A DNA stretch of 64,000 nt. Source: Staphylococcus phage S6. Position numbers and translations under genes: made by a program. Of this stretch, positions 54,196 through 63,270 are shown piece by piece. The stretch lies in the sequence record LC680885.1; one strand, given 5' to 3'. The stretch's first letter is position 1. The number at the start of each line of letters is the position of its first letter. The notes beneath the pieces are model-generated. The model made no database searches. It had not been told where the DNA came from and saw nothing but the letters and a program-made list of their open reading frames with translations.

Positions 54196-54906
54196 ATGAA
54201 GATTTCAGCCAATAAAGAATTATTAGGAAAGAAAGTTATACCTTTAGGTTTTAAACAACTTAATAACTTATATAAAGATCATGATTATGTATATTTAAGA
54301 ATTCCTGAAATATTTAATGTATTTGATAAGTATCAATTTAAAGATGATAAATTTGTATATCTTAAAACAGAAATAAAACCCAGTACTATTGTAGATTTAA
54401 TAGATTCTTTATCAAGTGGTTTTAATTGGTTAATAAATGAATATATTTCTAATGATATACTAAATATACATTATATAAAGAAAAATTTATTAGACATTTC
54501 CAATAGTGAATATAAAACTCTAGAAGAAACAAGATCTCAGTTAGATTTAGAATTAGAATTCATAAGTAGTAATGAAAAACAAAGAAAGCAATCTAATATT
54601 TTAATAAAGGATATTCATAAAGAAATAAATTATATAAGGAATGAATACACAAAAGTATTCACTCTTAAGAAAAGTAAAACCAGAAATAATAAACCAATAA
54701 AAATAAAAATTAGAAATTTATATGATGAAGATCCAATATCTATATTAAAAATAATATTAGACTTAGGAGAAGAATATTGTATGAATAGTACTATATTTAA
54801 CGCATTTACTTATTCATTAATGTTAACAAATAATTTAGATTTCATAGACGAAAAAGAATTTCAGGATATAGTTAAGAAAGAGAAAGTGAAAAATACTTTC
54901 ATTTAA
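54196..54906 (+). CDS. YK-tail family member B7
   Basis: Tail EKEFQDIVKKEKVKNTFI. Confidence 0.5.
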   Translation: MKISANKELLGKKVIPLGFKQLNNLYKDHDYVYLRIPEIFNVFDKYQFKDDKFVYLKTEIKPSTIVDLIDSLSSGFNWLINEYISNDILNIHYIKKNLLDISNSEYKTLEETRSQLDLELEFISSNEKQRKQSNILIKDIHKEINYIRNEYTKVFTLKKSKTRNNKPIKIKIRNLYDEDPISILKIILDLGEEYCMNSTIFNAFTYSLMLTNNLDFIDEKEFQDIVKKEKVKNTFI

Positions 54907-54915
54907 AACATTATT

Positions 54916-54972
54916 CATATAGTTTGAGGAAATTTTCCTCAAACTATATGAATTATTTTATTTTTTTTTCTA
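54916..54972 (+). terminator. Rho-independent terminator
   Basis: Stem catatagtttgagga/tcctcaaactatatg followed by aattattttatttttttttc. Confidence 0.75.
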
Positions 54973-55103
54973 AAAATATAAACTAATTTATATTAATAAT
55001 TTTTATAATGTATCATTCACTTAGTCGCAAATATTTATTTATTTTAAGAACATAAATTTTATATCAAATAATATAGAATTTTTAAAAAGGAGAATTTAAT
55101 TTT

Positions 55104-55667
55104 ATGGAAAAATATGATAAATTAACTGAAGAATTAGAAGCTTTATATGAGCAATCTCAAGAAGAAGCTCTAGAAGAACAGTTCGAAAGCATTATCGAAT
55201 CAACTGATGAAGATAAAGCAGAAGAAGTTGAAGATAAAGATTCTAAAGAAGATTCAGACGAAGAAGAAACATCTGTTGAAGAACAATTTAACAGTATCTT
55301 AGAATCAGAAGATGAAGAATCTGATGAGGAAGAAGATGACGAAGATTCAGAAGAAGAACCGGTTGAAGAATCTGATGAGGAAGATTCAGAAGACGATTCA
55401 GAAGATGATGAAGATTCTTTAGAAGAAGAATTAAATCGTTTATTTGAAGAAAATGAAGACCCAGAAATGGATGTCGAAAAGCAAACTACAAAAGCTAATG
55501 ACATGAACTCAAAAAAATCATCTGACTCTACTGAACATCCTGAAGAAGATGTGAAAAAAATCACTTCAGAAGATGAAGACGAAGAAGAAGATGCTGAAGA
55601 TGACGAAGAAGAATCTACTAATGAAGATGAATCATTAGAAGAATCATTAGATCGTATCTTTGGTTAA
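55104..55667 (+). CDS. Extremely acidic Asp/Glu/Ser-rich protein with internal repeats
   Basis: SD aaaaggagaa. Repeats EEQF(E/N)SI(I/L)ES(T/E)DE... and runs of D/E. Confidence 0.6.
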   Translation: MEKYDKLTEELEALYEQSQEEALEEQFESIIESTDEDKAEEVEDKDSKEDSDEEETSVEEQFNSILESEDEESDEEEDDEDSEEEPVEESDEEDSEDDSEDDEDSLEEELNRLFEENEDPEMDVEKQTTKANDMNSKKSSDSTEHPEEDVKKITSEDEDEEEDAEDDEEESTNEDESLEESLDRIFG

Positions 55668-55688
55668 TTATTAATTAATCTTTAAAAT

Positions 55689-55737
55689 ATCCCCTAACCT
55701 TATTAATTTAAGGTTAGGGGATTAATATTGTATTTTT
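55689..55737. terminator. Bidirectional terminator at the strand-switch point
   Basis: GC-rich stem atcccctaacct/aggttaggggat followed by taatattgtatttttt. It lies between convergent genes. Confidence 0.75.
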
Positions 55738-56195
55738 TATCTGAAATAATTAGTATTATCAGTCATTTTTCTTCCAAAAGCATCTAGTCCATCTAATGGA
55801 TTAACTTTATCTCCAGTTGTTTTAAAATCATCTCCACCATAAGTGCCGCTAAAATTTGTATCTACGCCTTTAGATAATTCTTCACTCATTTTATTTAAGT
55901 GTCTTACTCTTTCAACTTTTCTCTGATAATAGTCTTCTGCTTCTTGTTGAGATTTTAATCTATTTTCATCAATAGTTTCGTTATCTTTTAATTTAGTTAC
56001 TGGAGTAAAACCATCCATAACTACATAAAATTTATCAATTTGATCCTGATAAATAAAAGGTATTTTAGTTTTTAAATGTAAAGTAGTTGGTTCATCTTCA
56101 TACTGTAATGTCTCATATTCAAGTATATTACCTTCTTTATCGACAGTGACAGATATATCCATCATAATTTCTTCTTTTTTCTTTTCTTCTGACAA
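55737..56195 (-). CDS. Hypothetical protein (start uncertain)
   Basis: Minus-strand ORF. Alternative start at the internal MMD. Confidence 0.45.
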   Translation of the reverse strand: MSEEKKKEEIMMDISVTVDKEGNILEYETLQYEDEPTTLHLKTKIPFIYQDQIDKFYVVMDGFTPVTKLKDNETIDENRLKSQQEAEDYYQRKVERVRHLNKMSEELSKGVDTNFSGTYGGDDFKTTGDKVNPLDGLDAFGRKMTDNTNYFR

Positions 56196-56219
56196 GTCTT
56201 TTCATCTCTCTTTCATATT

Positions 56220-59216
56220 TTAGTTTCTTCCATAAATATAAGAGTTTAGGAACCAAGCATTTCCTTTTTGACCTGGTTTAACACGAGCTCGTATAGCTAC
56301 TGAAGCTATAGATTGTTGTGGTATTCCTAAATCAACAATAATCTCTTTAAATTTAGTTTTAGTAACACTAGTAGAAGTGTCTTTAGGTATTGATACAGTT
56401 TTATCAAAAATTACACCATTCTGTTCGTTAAAAGAGTCTACTTTAATATCTATACCACATTGTGGAGTAGCATACCATATACCAATGTGTAACCATCTAG
56501 TTTCATGTTGACCGTATAATGTCATAGCACGTCTAAAGTAGCTACCTGTAGTCTTATCACTAAACATAAATGCATTACCGACATTTTTAAATCTAGGAGT
56601 ACCATTAGACATTAAATCTTGCACACCAGGTTCTGAACGTACATAAGCTGTAGTGAATCGTGGCATACCATTGTATACTAAATAACCACCATCAGGGCGT
56701 TTGATAGTGATACCGCCTTTAACTTCTCCCATAGCGTCTAACATAGTTTGAACAACTATATTTTTAGACATTAAATTAGTAATAGCAGCTTCTTTAATAG
56801 TAGCTCTACCATTAGAAATTATTACATCACCATCATTAATATCAACCATCTTAGATTTTAATTTAATACTATTAGGATCAATATCAAAAGAAGACAATTT
56901 ATCATTAGAAGAAGATGACATAGTAATACCATCAGCTAATAAAGATAATGCAGAACCCATTTTTTCTATTTTAGTTTTATCAGCATTGTAAGTTTCTTTA
57001 GTAACACTTAAAGCGATATTATTTTCTGTTTGACTAATTCTACTTTCCATATTAGTAATTCTAGCATTACTATCTTTAATAGATGGTTGCCAAGCAGTAG
57101 ATTTATTACCTTCTTCAACTTTTAATCCTTCAATATCAACAGACATTGGGAAAGTTCCATTTTTATTAATAATCATATTAATTAATGTGTCAACTGTAAA
57201 TGAATCATTAGGAATAAATACTACTTCTATTAATGTTAAAGCAGAAGTATCATCAAACGTAATATTACGTGAATCTTGACCTTTAGCAACACCATTAACA
57301 AAAGTATTAGTTATAGTTGAATTAGGTATACTAATATCAACATTAGTTAATGTACCAGTTTTCTTTTCTAAGTTAAAGCTTAATATGTGTTCACGTCTAT
57401 TTCTAACTTTATCTAATTTAAATTTAATACCTTGACCGTTAGCAGTTAAAGCTGCATTAAGTTCTCCGTATTCTAAATAATTAGTTTTAGTTAAAGTTAC
57501 AGAACCAATTGGTGTAATATTAGCAATGCTAATTAAGTTCATACCGCCAACTGTAATTTTACCGGCTTCTGTAACAGCATAACCATTAGAAATACTGTCA
57601 ATAGCTTTTTGAATAGCATCTTTAATATTCGATTGAGCTTCATTATATCTCAAGTAGTTAGTATTAAATTGAGCTATTTCTTCTTGAGTAGCTACACCGT
57701 CACTAATAGTATTAGTGATATCTTGTATTAGTATATTATATTTCTCATTAAATAAATCATATTTATTTTTTAAATCTGTTTTTACTGAATTAGCCATCAT
57801 TTTATTAGGATAAAGTGTATTAAAGATTTTATCTATTTCAGCTTTATCTTTATCAATAACATTTTTCTGTTTATCAATAGCAATTCTTTCAGCATTAGAT
57901 ATAATACCATCTTTGAAAGCTTCAGTAACTGTATCACCTAAACCTACAGCATTCTTTTCGATATTAGTTATTTTACCATTAATGGTTTTATTATAGTTTT
58001 CTAACATATTATCATAATCTTCAGGTGCAGATGTCCAGTCAGAAGACACACTACCTCGTTCAACTTTAACTCTAGCAATATCAAATGTACCACTTAATCC
58101 ATTAAGATCAGTGTCTACTCCAAGAAGTAATTTAGTATTATTTCTTCCAGTTAGTGTTTGTTTATATACGAATGAATATCTATGCCATTCTTCATCAATA
58201 TCTAAATACTTTTCAGCGATTGGTGTAGAATAATTACCAGAAGGATCAATGAAGTAACAATAATCAAGTCTATTAAATGTATCTGATCTAAAATCAAATG
58301 AAATAGTATAAGTCTCATTGTATTCTAGTTTAAAACCATTATAACTTTGAGCACCTACTTGACCTTCAATACCTTCAGTATTAATTGTAAAATAACTTTT
58401 ACCGTCACTATCTTGTCCAAAAGTTAAAGCATTTGGGTTTGATGAATTTAAAGCATCCGGTTTTAACAACCAATTACCTGAAACAGCTAAAGAATTTTCT
58501 AATAAGTTTTTACCACCAATAACAATACCGTCAATTTCAGATTTAGAAACTGTTTGTTCTATTAAGTCTGCAAATTGAGATATCTGACTTTCAAATTCAG
58601 TTACTTTATTATTAACCGTATCTATATCAGCTCTAGTAACTGTATCTTGTAGAACTCTAGCTGTTTGTTCTCTAAATGATTCTAATTTAGTAATACTATC
58701 ATTAATTTCATTAAGAGTATAATCAGTAGCTATACTCTTAATGGACTCTGCAGTTTGTTCTACTTTAGTACTTAAATATTGTATAGATGATTCATATTTA
58801 TTAACTTTAGACATTGCTATTGATAGGGACTCTTCATTAGATGAAACTCTTCCATTTAAAGAATCTAGATTACCTTTAATATCAGAATCCCATCCACCTT
58901 CAGCAACGCTATCAATATAGTCAATACTTAGTTTTTGGTATTTTCTTAATTCAGTTTTTAATGTATCAAGTGTAACATAGTTAGATAAATCTAAATCAAT
59001 ATCGTGACTACCATCTAAATTTCTTAATTTTTCTATTAAATTATCATTTTCTTTATCTAAAGAATCAATACTTGTATTTAAGACATTAATTCTATTTTTA
59101 TTATCTTCTGACAGATTTTTAATGCTATCTTGTTCTTGTAATAAAGAATTGAATTTCGATTTAATAGAATTTATTTCTTCATTTATTTGAAGAAGATTTT
59201 TTTCTTTATCTTCCAT
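56220..59216 (-). CDS. Large structural protein, tail-fibre-like (N-terminal coiled coil, 998 aa)
   Basis: SD ggtgaaatttaataATG on the minus strand. The long coiled-coil N-terminus and Gly/Thr/Asn-rich C-terminal part suggest a fibre. No definitive motif. Confidence 0.35.
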   Translation of the reverse strand: MEDKEKNLLQINEEINSIKSKFNSLLQEQDSIKNLSEDNKNRINVLNTSIDSLDKENDNLIEKLRNLDGSHDIDLDLSNYVTLDTLKTELRKYQKLSIDYIDSVAEGGWDSDIKGNLDSLNGRVSSNEESLSIAMSKVNKYESSIQYLSTKVEQTAESIKSIATDYTLNEINDSITKLESFREQTARVLQDTVTRADIDTVNNKVTEFESQISQFADLIEQTVSKSEIDGIVIGGKNLLENSLAVSGNWLLKPDALNSSNPNALTFGQDSDGKSYFTINTEGIEGQVGAQSYNGFKLEYNETYTISFDFRSDTFNRLDYCYFIDPSGNYSTPIAEKYLDIDEEWHRYSFVYKQTLTGRNNTKLLLGVDTDLNGLSGTFDIARVKVERGSVSSDWTSAPEDYDNMLENYNKTINGKITNIEKNAVGLGDTVTEAFKDGIISNAERIAIDKQKNVIDKDKAEIDKIFNTLYPNKMMANSVKTDLKNKYDLFNEKYNILIQDITNTISDGVATQEEIAQFNTNYLRYNEAQSNIKDAIQKAIDSISNGYAVTEAGKITVGGMNLISIANITPIGSVTLTKTNYLEYGELNAALTANGQGIKFKLDKVRNRREHILSFNLEKKTGTLTNVDISIPNSTITNTFVNGVAKGQDSRNITFDDTSALTLIEVVFIPNDSFTVDTLINMIINKNGTFPMSVDIEGLKVEEGNKSTAWQPSIKDSNARITNMESRISQTENNIALSVTKETYNADKTKIEKMGSALSLLADGITMSSSSNDKLSSFDIDPNSIKLKSKMVDINDGDVIISNGRATIKEAAITNLMSKNIVVQTMLDAMGEVKGGITIKRPDGGYLVYNGMPRFTTAYVRSEPGVQDLMSNGTPRFKNVGNAFMFSDKTTGSYFRRAMTLYGQHETRWLHIGIWYATPQCGIDIKVDSFNEQNGVIFDKTVSIPKDTSTSVTKTKFKEIIVDLGIPQQSIASVAIRARVKPGQKGNAWFLNSYIYGRN

Positions 59217-59278
59217 TATTAAATTTCACCAAACTTTCATTTTTATTTAAATAATAAGTTGATGTTTTATGATTTTAA

Positions 59279-59785
59279 TTAAACGAATAATGAAAGATTG
59301 ATTGCATTTGTATAAGGATCTGATAATTTATATACATAAATATTAGTAATCATTAAATCTTTCATTTCAATTTCATTATTTTTCATCAATTCATCTAACT
59401 CTGTATCTTCTTTAATAGAATCAAAAATAGCTGGGCCGATATACTTTAATACTTCTTTGTCTAATTTGTCAGCTACATCTTCTTCATATTCTCTTAAGTA
59501 AGCTTCATACTCATCATTATTTCCCTGAAAACTTTGTTTATTTTTAGCATGCAAATCTTCATCATCTAATTTAATAACAAATGTTGGTTTTTTAACATCA
59601 ATATGTTTTTCTGCCGCTTCAGATCTAAATTTAAAGTTTTCAGATTTATTAATAGTATCACGAATAATATCAACTGTATTCTCTAAATCGATATAGTTCA
59701 TAATGTTATTTCTAATTCTCATTATTAACTGCAAATCTCTAATATCTTTTTCTTCATTAACTAATACATCTTTATTATTTCTCAT
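59279..59785 (-). CDS. Hypothetical late protein
   Basis: SD aatggagaataaataaaaATG on the minus strand. Confidence 0.5.
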   Translation of the reverse strand: MRNNKDVLVNEEKDIRDLQLIMRIRNNIMNYIDLENTVDIIRDTINKSENFKFRSEAAEKHIDVKKPTFVIKLDDEDLHAKNKQSFQGNNDEYEAYLREYEEDVADKLDKEVLKYIGPAIFDSIKEDTELDELMKNNEIEMKDLMITNIYVYKLSDPYTNAINLSLFV

Positions 59786-59787
59786 TT

Positions 59788-60414
59788 TTATTTATTCTCC
59801 ATTCTTTTCTCTTTTATTTTTTCTATTAATGTTTTATACTTGTCTAATAATACTTTATCCATTCTACCTTTAGATTCTTCTAGATCATCTTTTACATATT
59901 TAATATGTATGAATGTTTTATCTTTAAAATCACTAGAATACTTCTTAAGAGAAGTTACTTTAAATATCTGAGCATCATCTTTCCAAAACATTTCATTCAT
60001 AACATCAAATGTAGTTTTTTGGAAATTATCAACATCAGGAGTATTTGTTCTCTTAATTAAACCTAAAAGTTTAAATAATATAAGTTTTATTGAATCAGTA
60101 TTATTACAAGGATTTCTTTCTGTAATTAATTCAAATTCAATAGGTTTTTCAAAATTATTTTTAATGATATCTTTTATAAAATCTTCTTTTAATTCTTCTT
60201 TCATTCTTTTCTTTAGTTCTTTTTTATATGTGTGTAAAGGATCATAAGTTCTCATTCCGCTTTTTCTATGTCTAAGATATTGATAAACTTCATGATCATC
60301 TATAGAAATAATAATTTCATTATCATTTACACTTTTATATTCAATATTACAATTTTTAACTTCTTCAATTTTATCTAATATCTTTTTAGGTACTTCTTTT
60401 TTCTTTTTAGGCAT
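59788..60414 (-). CDS. Hypothetical basic protein
   Basis: Minus-strand ORF with Lys-rich N-terminus MPKKKKEVPKK. Confidence 0.5.
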   Translation of the reverse strand: MPKKKKEVPKKILDKIEEVKNCNIEYKSVNDNEIIISIDDHEVYQYLRHRKSGMRTYDPLHTYKKELKKRMKEELKEDFIKDIIKNNFEKPIEFELITERNPCNNTDSIKLILFKLLGLIKRTNTPDVDNFQKTTFDVMNEMFWKDDAQIFKVTSLKKYSSDFKDKTFIHIKYVKDDLEESKGRMDKVLLDKYKTLIEKIKEKRMENK

Positions 60415-60479
60415 TTTTCATTCAATTCCTTTAGCAAAGTGTATATTTATAATAATAACGTTATATGTATATTAAAATT

Positions 60480-60524
60480 TTTTATAAAATAAACGGTAAC
60501 ATTCAATTTAATGAATGTTACCGT
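60480..60524 (-). terminator. Minus-strand terminator
   Basis: Stem acggtaacattca/tgaatgttaccgt. On the minus strand it is followed by ttattttataaaaaatttt. Confidence 0.6.
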
Positions 60525-60532
60525 AAAATATA

Positions 60533-61072
60533 TTAATTTGATTGATCTCCAGCAGATCCTCCACCTAAGATTTCAGGATTGTAATTAGCATCAGCTCTAA
60601 CATCTGATTCTATTAATTCTTCATCATCTTCAGTAGAAACTTGTTGTTCTAAACCTTCACTCTCAGGGATTTCTGGATCCTTTGACAAGTTTGTAGTTTC
60701 TTGGTTGCTCTCTTGCTCCAAAAAAGGTTTCACTGGAGGAAGAACCGTACCGTCATAGTCCATTGCTTGAAGAGATTTTTCATTATTTGTAGTAGGTCTA
60801 CTTTTAGCTAAGTTACGTTCAGAGTCAGCTATTCCTTCAGTAGTACTATCTACAAAACGACCAACTAAACTAGATATAACCCCTGCTAAAACTTGAACAA
60901 TACTTAAAACATTAGTTTCAGTGTCACCAGAAACTTCTCCGCCAAAAGCACGAATTAAGAAAATAACTACGTTGACTAATTGAACTAATAGGGCTGCTGT
61001 CCATGCTTTATTTTTAAATCTAACTAATACGTTAATCTGTTTATCTTTACCAATTTTTAAATTTTTTCCCAA
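60533..61072 (-). CDS. Holin-like membrane protein (TTG start)
   Basis: SD aaaaggagaaatattaaaTTG on the minus strand. Two TM segments (AWTAALLVQLVNVVIFLI; LSIVQVLAGVISSLVG) followed by a charged C-terminal tail. Confidence 0.35.
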   Translation of the reverse strand: MGKNLKIGKDKQINVLVRFKNKAWTAALLVQLVNVVIFLIRAFGGEVSGDTETNVLSIVQVLAGVISSLVGRFVDSTTEGIADSERNLAKSRPTTNNEKSLQAMDYDGTVLPPVKPFLEQESNQETTNLSKDPEIPESEGLEQQVSTEDDEELIESDVRADANYNPEILGGGSAGDQSN

Positions 61073-61111
61073 TTTAATATTTCTCCTTTTTATTAAAATA
61101 AATATTTAAAA

Positions 61112-61669
61112 CTATCCTCCAAATATTCTTCTAAGTATATCTAAGATTACTGAAGGAGCTAATATCAAAGACACTATATTGACAAATAAATTTCTTTTAA
61201 AAGTTTTATTTTCTTTTTCATCATTAGAACCGTCTTCAATCTTCTTAAACTCAATTTCAAAGTCTTCTATATTAAGTTTACTATCTAAACCCAATCTTAA
61301 ATCTTGTATATCACTAGTTATTTTTCTTTCAACTTGTTCAACATTTTGATTTAATTCTTGTTTAACAGATTGTATTTGTGATTCTAATTCATAATGTCTT
61401 CTTTTTCTTTCTTCTTCTTCAATTTTTCTATTTTCTCTATCTTCTTTCATTTCTTTTCTAATTTCTTCAGTATTTTTACCCATGCTTTCAAGTAATACTT
61501 CTACACGTACTAAAGTGTTACTTGTTTTTTGACTCTCGGATTTAACTTCATCTATTTTCTTATCAAACTTCTCTTCAATTTCTTCTTTAAGTGAATTATT
61601 TGACTTTAGTAATTCTAATTCAGTTATAGATTTACTATTTTCATACAATCTTCTTTTATCTTCTTCCAT
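61112..61669 (-). CDS. Coiled-coil protein with a C-terminal TM anchor
   Basis: A C-terminal TM segment (LFVNIVSLILAPSVILDILRRIFGG) preceded by a long charged coiled-coil region. Confidence 0.5.
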   Translation of the reverse strand: MEEDKRRLYENSKSITELELLKSNNSLKEEIEEKFDKKIDEVKSESQKTSNTLVRVEVLLESMGKNTEEIRKEMKEDRENRKIEEEERKRRHYELESQIQSVKQELNQNVEQVERKITSDIQDLRLGLDSKLNIEDFEIEFKKIEDGSNDEKENKTFKRNLFVNIVSLILAPSVILDILRRIFGG

Positions 61670-62150
61670 TTATAATAGATTCCATTCTCATTTCAAGAAT
61701 TGTAAATACTGCAAAGAAGAGATTTAGGAAAGAGATGATGATTTTTAATATTATAGTAGATTGCATACCAGCACTATCTAAAGATAGAATAGCGTATATT
61801 AAAAATAGAGCGAAGTTAATAAATGCACCTATAGTCATTAAAGGTTTTGTCATGAAATTATCCAAGAATAGGGAAGCGGCTAAAGCCAATCCTCCAATAA
61901 TTAAAAATACTCCATATGTTTTTAAATCCATAAAATGAGAAATAGCCACATAAATATCTGATGTTCTATAAGCTTCTCTTGTTCTAAAAACAAATTGAAA
62001 ACCATAAATTAAAGAATAAACAGCTAAGAAAATAGGAGTTATATAATATTTAAATTGCTTAAGAAAATAATATAATTTGATGACTAAACTATTTGCTTCT
62101 TCAACACTTAGATTATCTTCTCTATCATTATTTTTATTATCGTCCGTCAT
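61656..62150 (-). CDS. Membrane protein (4 TM)
   Basis: SD aggatgtgaaaaataactATG on the minus strand. Confidence 0.55.
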   Translation of the reverse strand: MTDDNKNNDREDNLSVEEANSLVIKLYYFLKQFKYYITPIFLAVYSLIYGFQFVFRTREAYRTSDIYVAISHFMDLKTYGVFLIIGGLALAASLFLDNFMTKPLMTIGAFINFALFLIYAILSLDSAGMQSTIILKIIISFLNLFFAVFTILEMRMESIINGRR

Positions 62151-62251
62151 AGTTATTTTTCACATCCTATTCTTTTATTATAAATCTTTATTATAAACCT
62201 TTGTTCCTTTAATAGTCTTGATGAGTCCTATAAATTTTCGAGCAAAATAAA

Positions 62252-62285
62252 GTCCCTAACACTCAAATAAGAATGTTAGGGACTG
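62252..62285 (-). terminator. Minus-strand terminator hairpin
   Basis: Stem agtccctaaca/tgttagggact. On the minus strand it is followed by ttattttgctcg. Confidence 0.45.
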
Positions 62286-62423
62286 TTTGAAGACTTTGCC
62301 AAAATTAAAAGAAAAAAGAATAAAGATAGACAAGAACAAAGAAATTGTATGAAAGATATTTATGTAAATAACTTTCATATAAATATGTTCTATTTTTCTT
62401 TATTCAATTGATGCTGATAAGAA

Positions 62424-62840
62424 TTACTGGTTAGGTAAAGATCCACCTTGAGCTGTTGAAGGGTTTTCAGGATCTTCTTCTTGAGGATCTACTTCTGTAG
62501 CTCGACCAACGCCTTGAACTTCAGAATCTTCAACTGAATCTTCAACCATATGTTCTTCATCAATAGGATCGATTTCTTCAACTAATTCTTCACTACTATT
62601 GTGGGTTCCGCTTGTATACCATGTTTGAGATCCTCTAAAATCATTAGCTGGATCATATGATGGATCCGTCACCCAATCACCATTATTAGAATTTTCTTCA
62701 TTGAAAGCAATTTCATTTAAAATTTCTTCAACTAATGCTTTTAACCCATTGCCTTCAGAAACTTCTTCTAATTCCAATACTCCTTTAGCAACTAAGGTTG
62801 CATGAAAAGTTACAATAAAAGATTTTTTACTAAATTCCAT
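62424..62840 (-). CDS. Hypothetical protein
   Basis: SD ataggaggaattttatattATG on the minus strand. Confidence 0.55.
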   Translation of the reverse strand: MEFSKKSFIVTFHATLVAKGVLELEEVSEGNGLKALVEEILNEIAFNEENSNNGDWVTDPSYDPANDFRGSQTWYTSGTHNSSEELVEEIDPIDEEHMVEDSVEDSEVQGVGRATEVDPQEEDPENPSTAQGGSLPNQ

Positions 62841-62855
62841 AATATAAAATTCCTC

Positions 62856-63224
62856 CTATTTTCTATTAGCCATTAAAGCAGCTAATCTCTCTTGAAGCTC
62901 ACGAATTTCTTTTTCTTCAGGAGTTTCTTCTGGTTCTTCTTTCTTATTAAAAGTTTCACCTGGTTTTTCAGCTAATCTAGGAGTAGCATTTTCATATTCT
63001 ATTTTTAATTTTTCCATCTGTTCACGAATATTATGGTCTACAATAAATATTACAGATTCTTTAGTTGAATCATTCATATTTCCTATAGAATAACCATAGA
63101 AATATCCTTCTTCATCTATATCTTGCATATTTATGATTAGCCAGAATCGACCATCAATTCTTTTTCCTCTTTCATCATACATATTTTTATGTGTTTCTAC
63201 AAATGCCAATAAGAAAACCTCCAC
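62856..63224 (-). CDS. Hypothetical protein (start uncertain: GTG 63224 or in-frame TTG 63209 after GGAGG)
   Basis: Minus-strand ORF. GGAGG overlaps the first codons. Confidence 0.4.
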   Translation of the reverse strand: MEVFLLAFVETHKNMYDERGKRIDGRFWLIINMQDIDEEGYFYGYSIGNMNDSTKESVIFIVDHNIREQMEKLKIEYENATPRLAEKPGETFNKKEEPEETPEEKEIRELQERLAALMANRK

Positions 63225-63270
63225 TATATTATTTTAATTTATAAATAATAGTTTAAAATAATATAGTTAG

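Noticed and set aside
55157-55564. 135 aa Ser-rich minus-strand ORF
   Set aside because: Antisense image of the acidic GA(A/G)-repeat gene 55104..55667, with no SD.
61735-61938. Plus-strand ORF within the minus-strand late block
   Set aside because: Antisense to the 4-TM gene 61656..62150 and has no SD. The coding strand of the block is minus.
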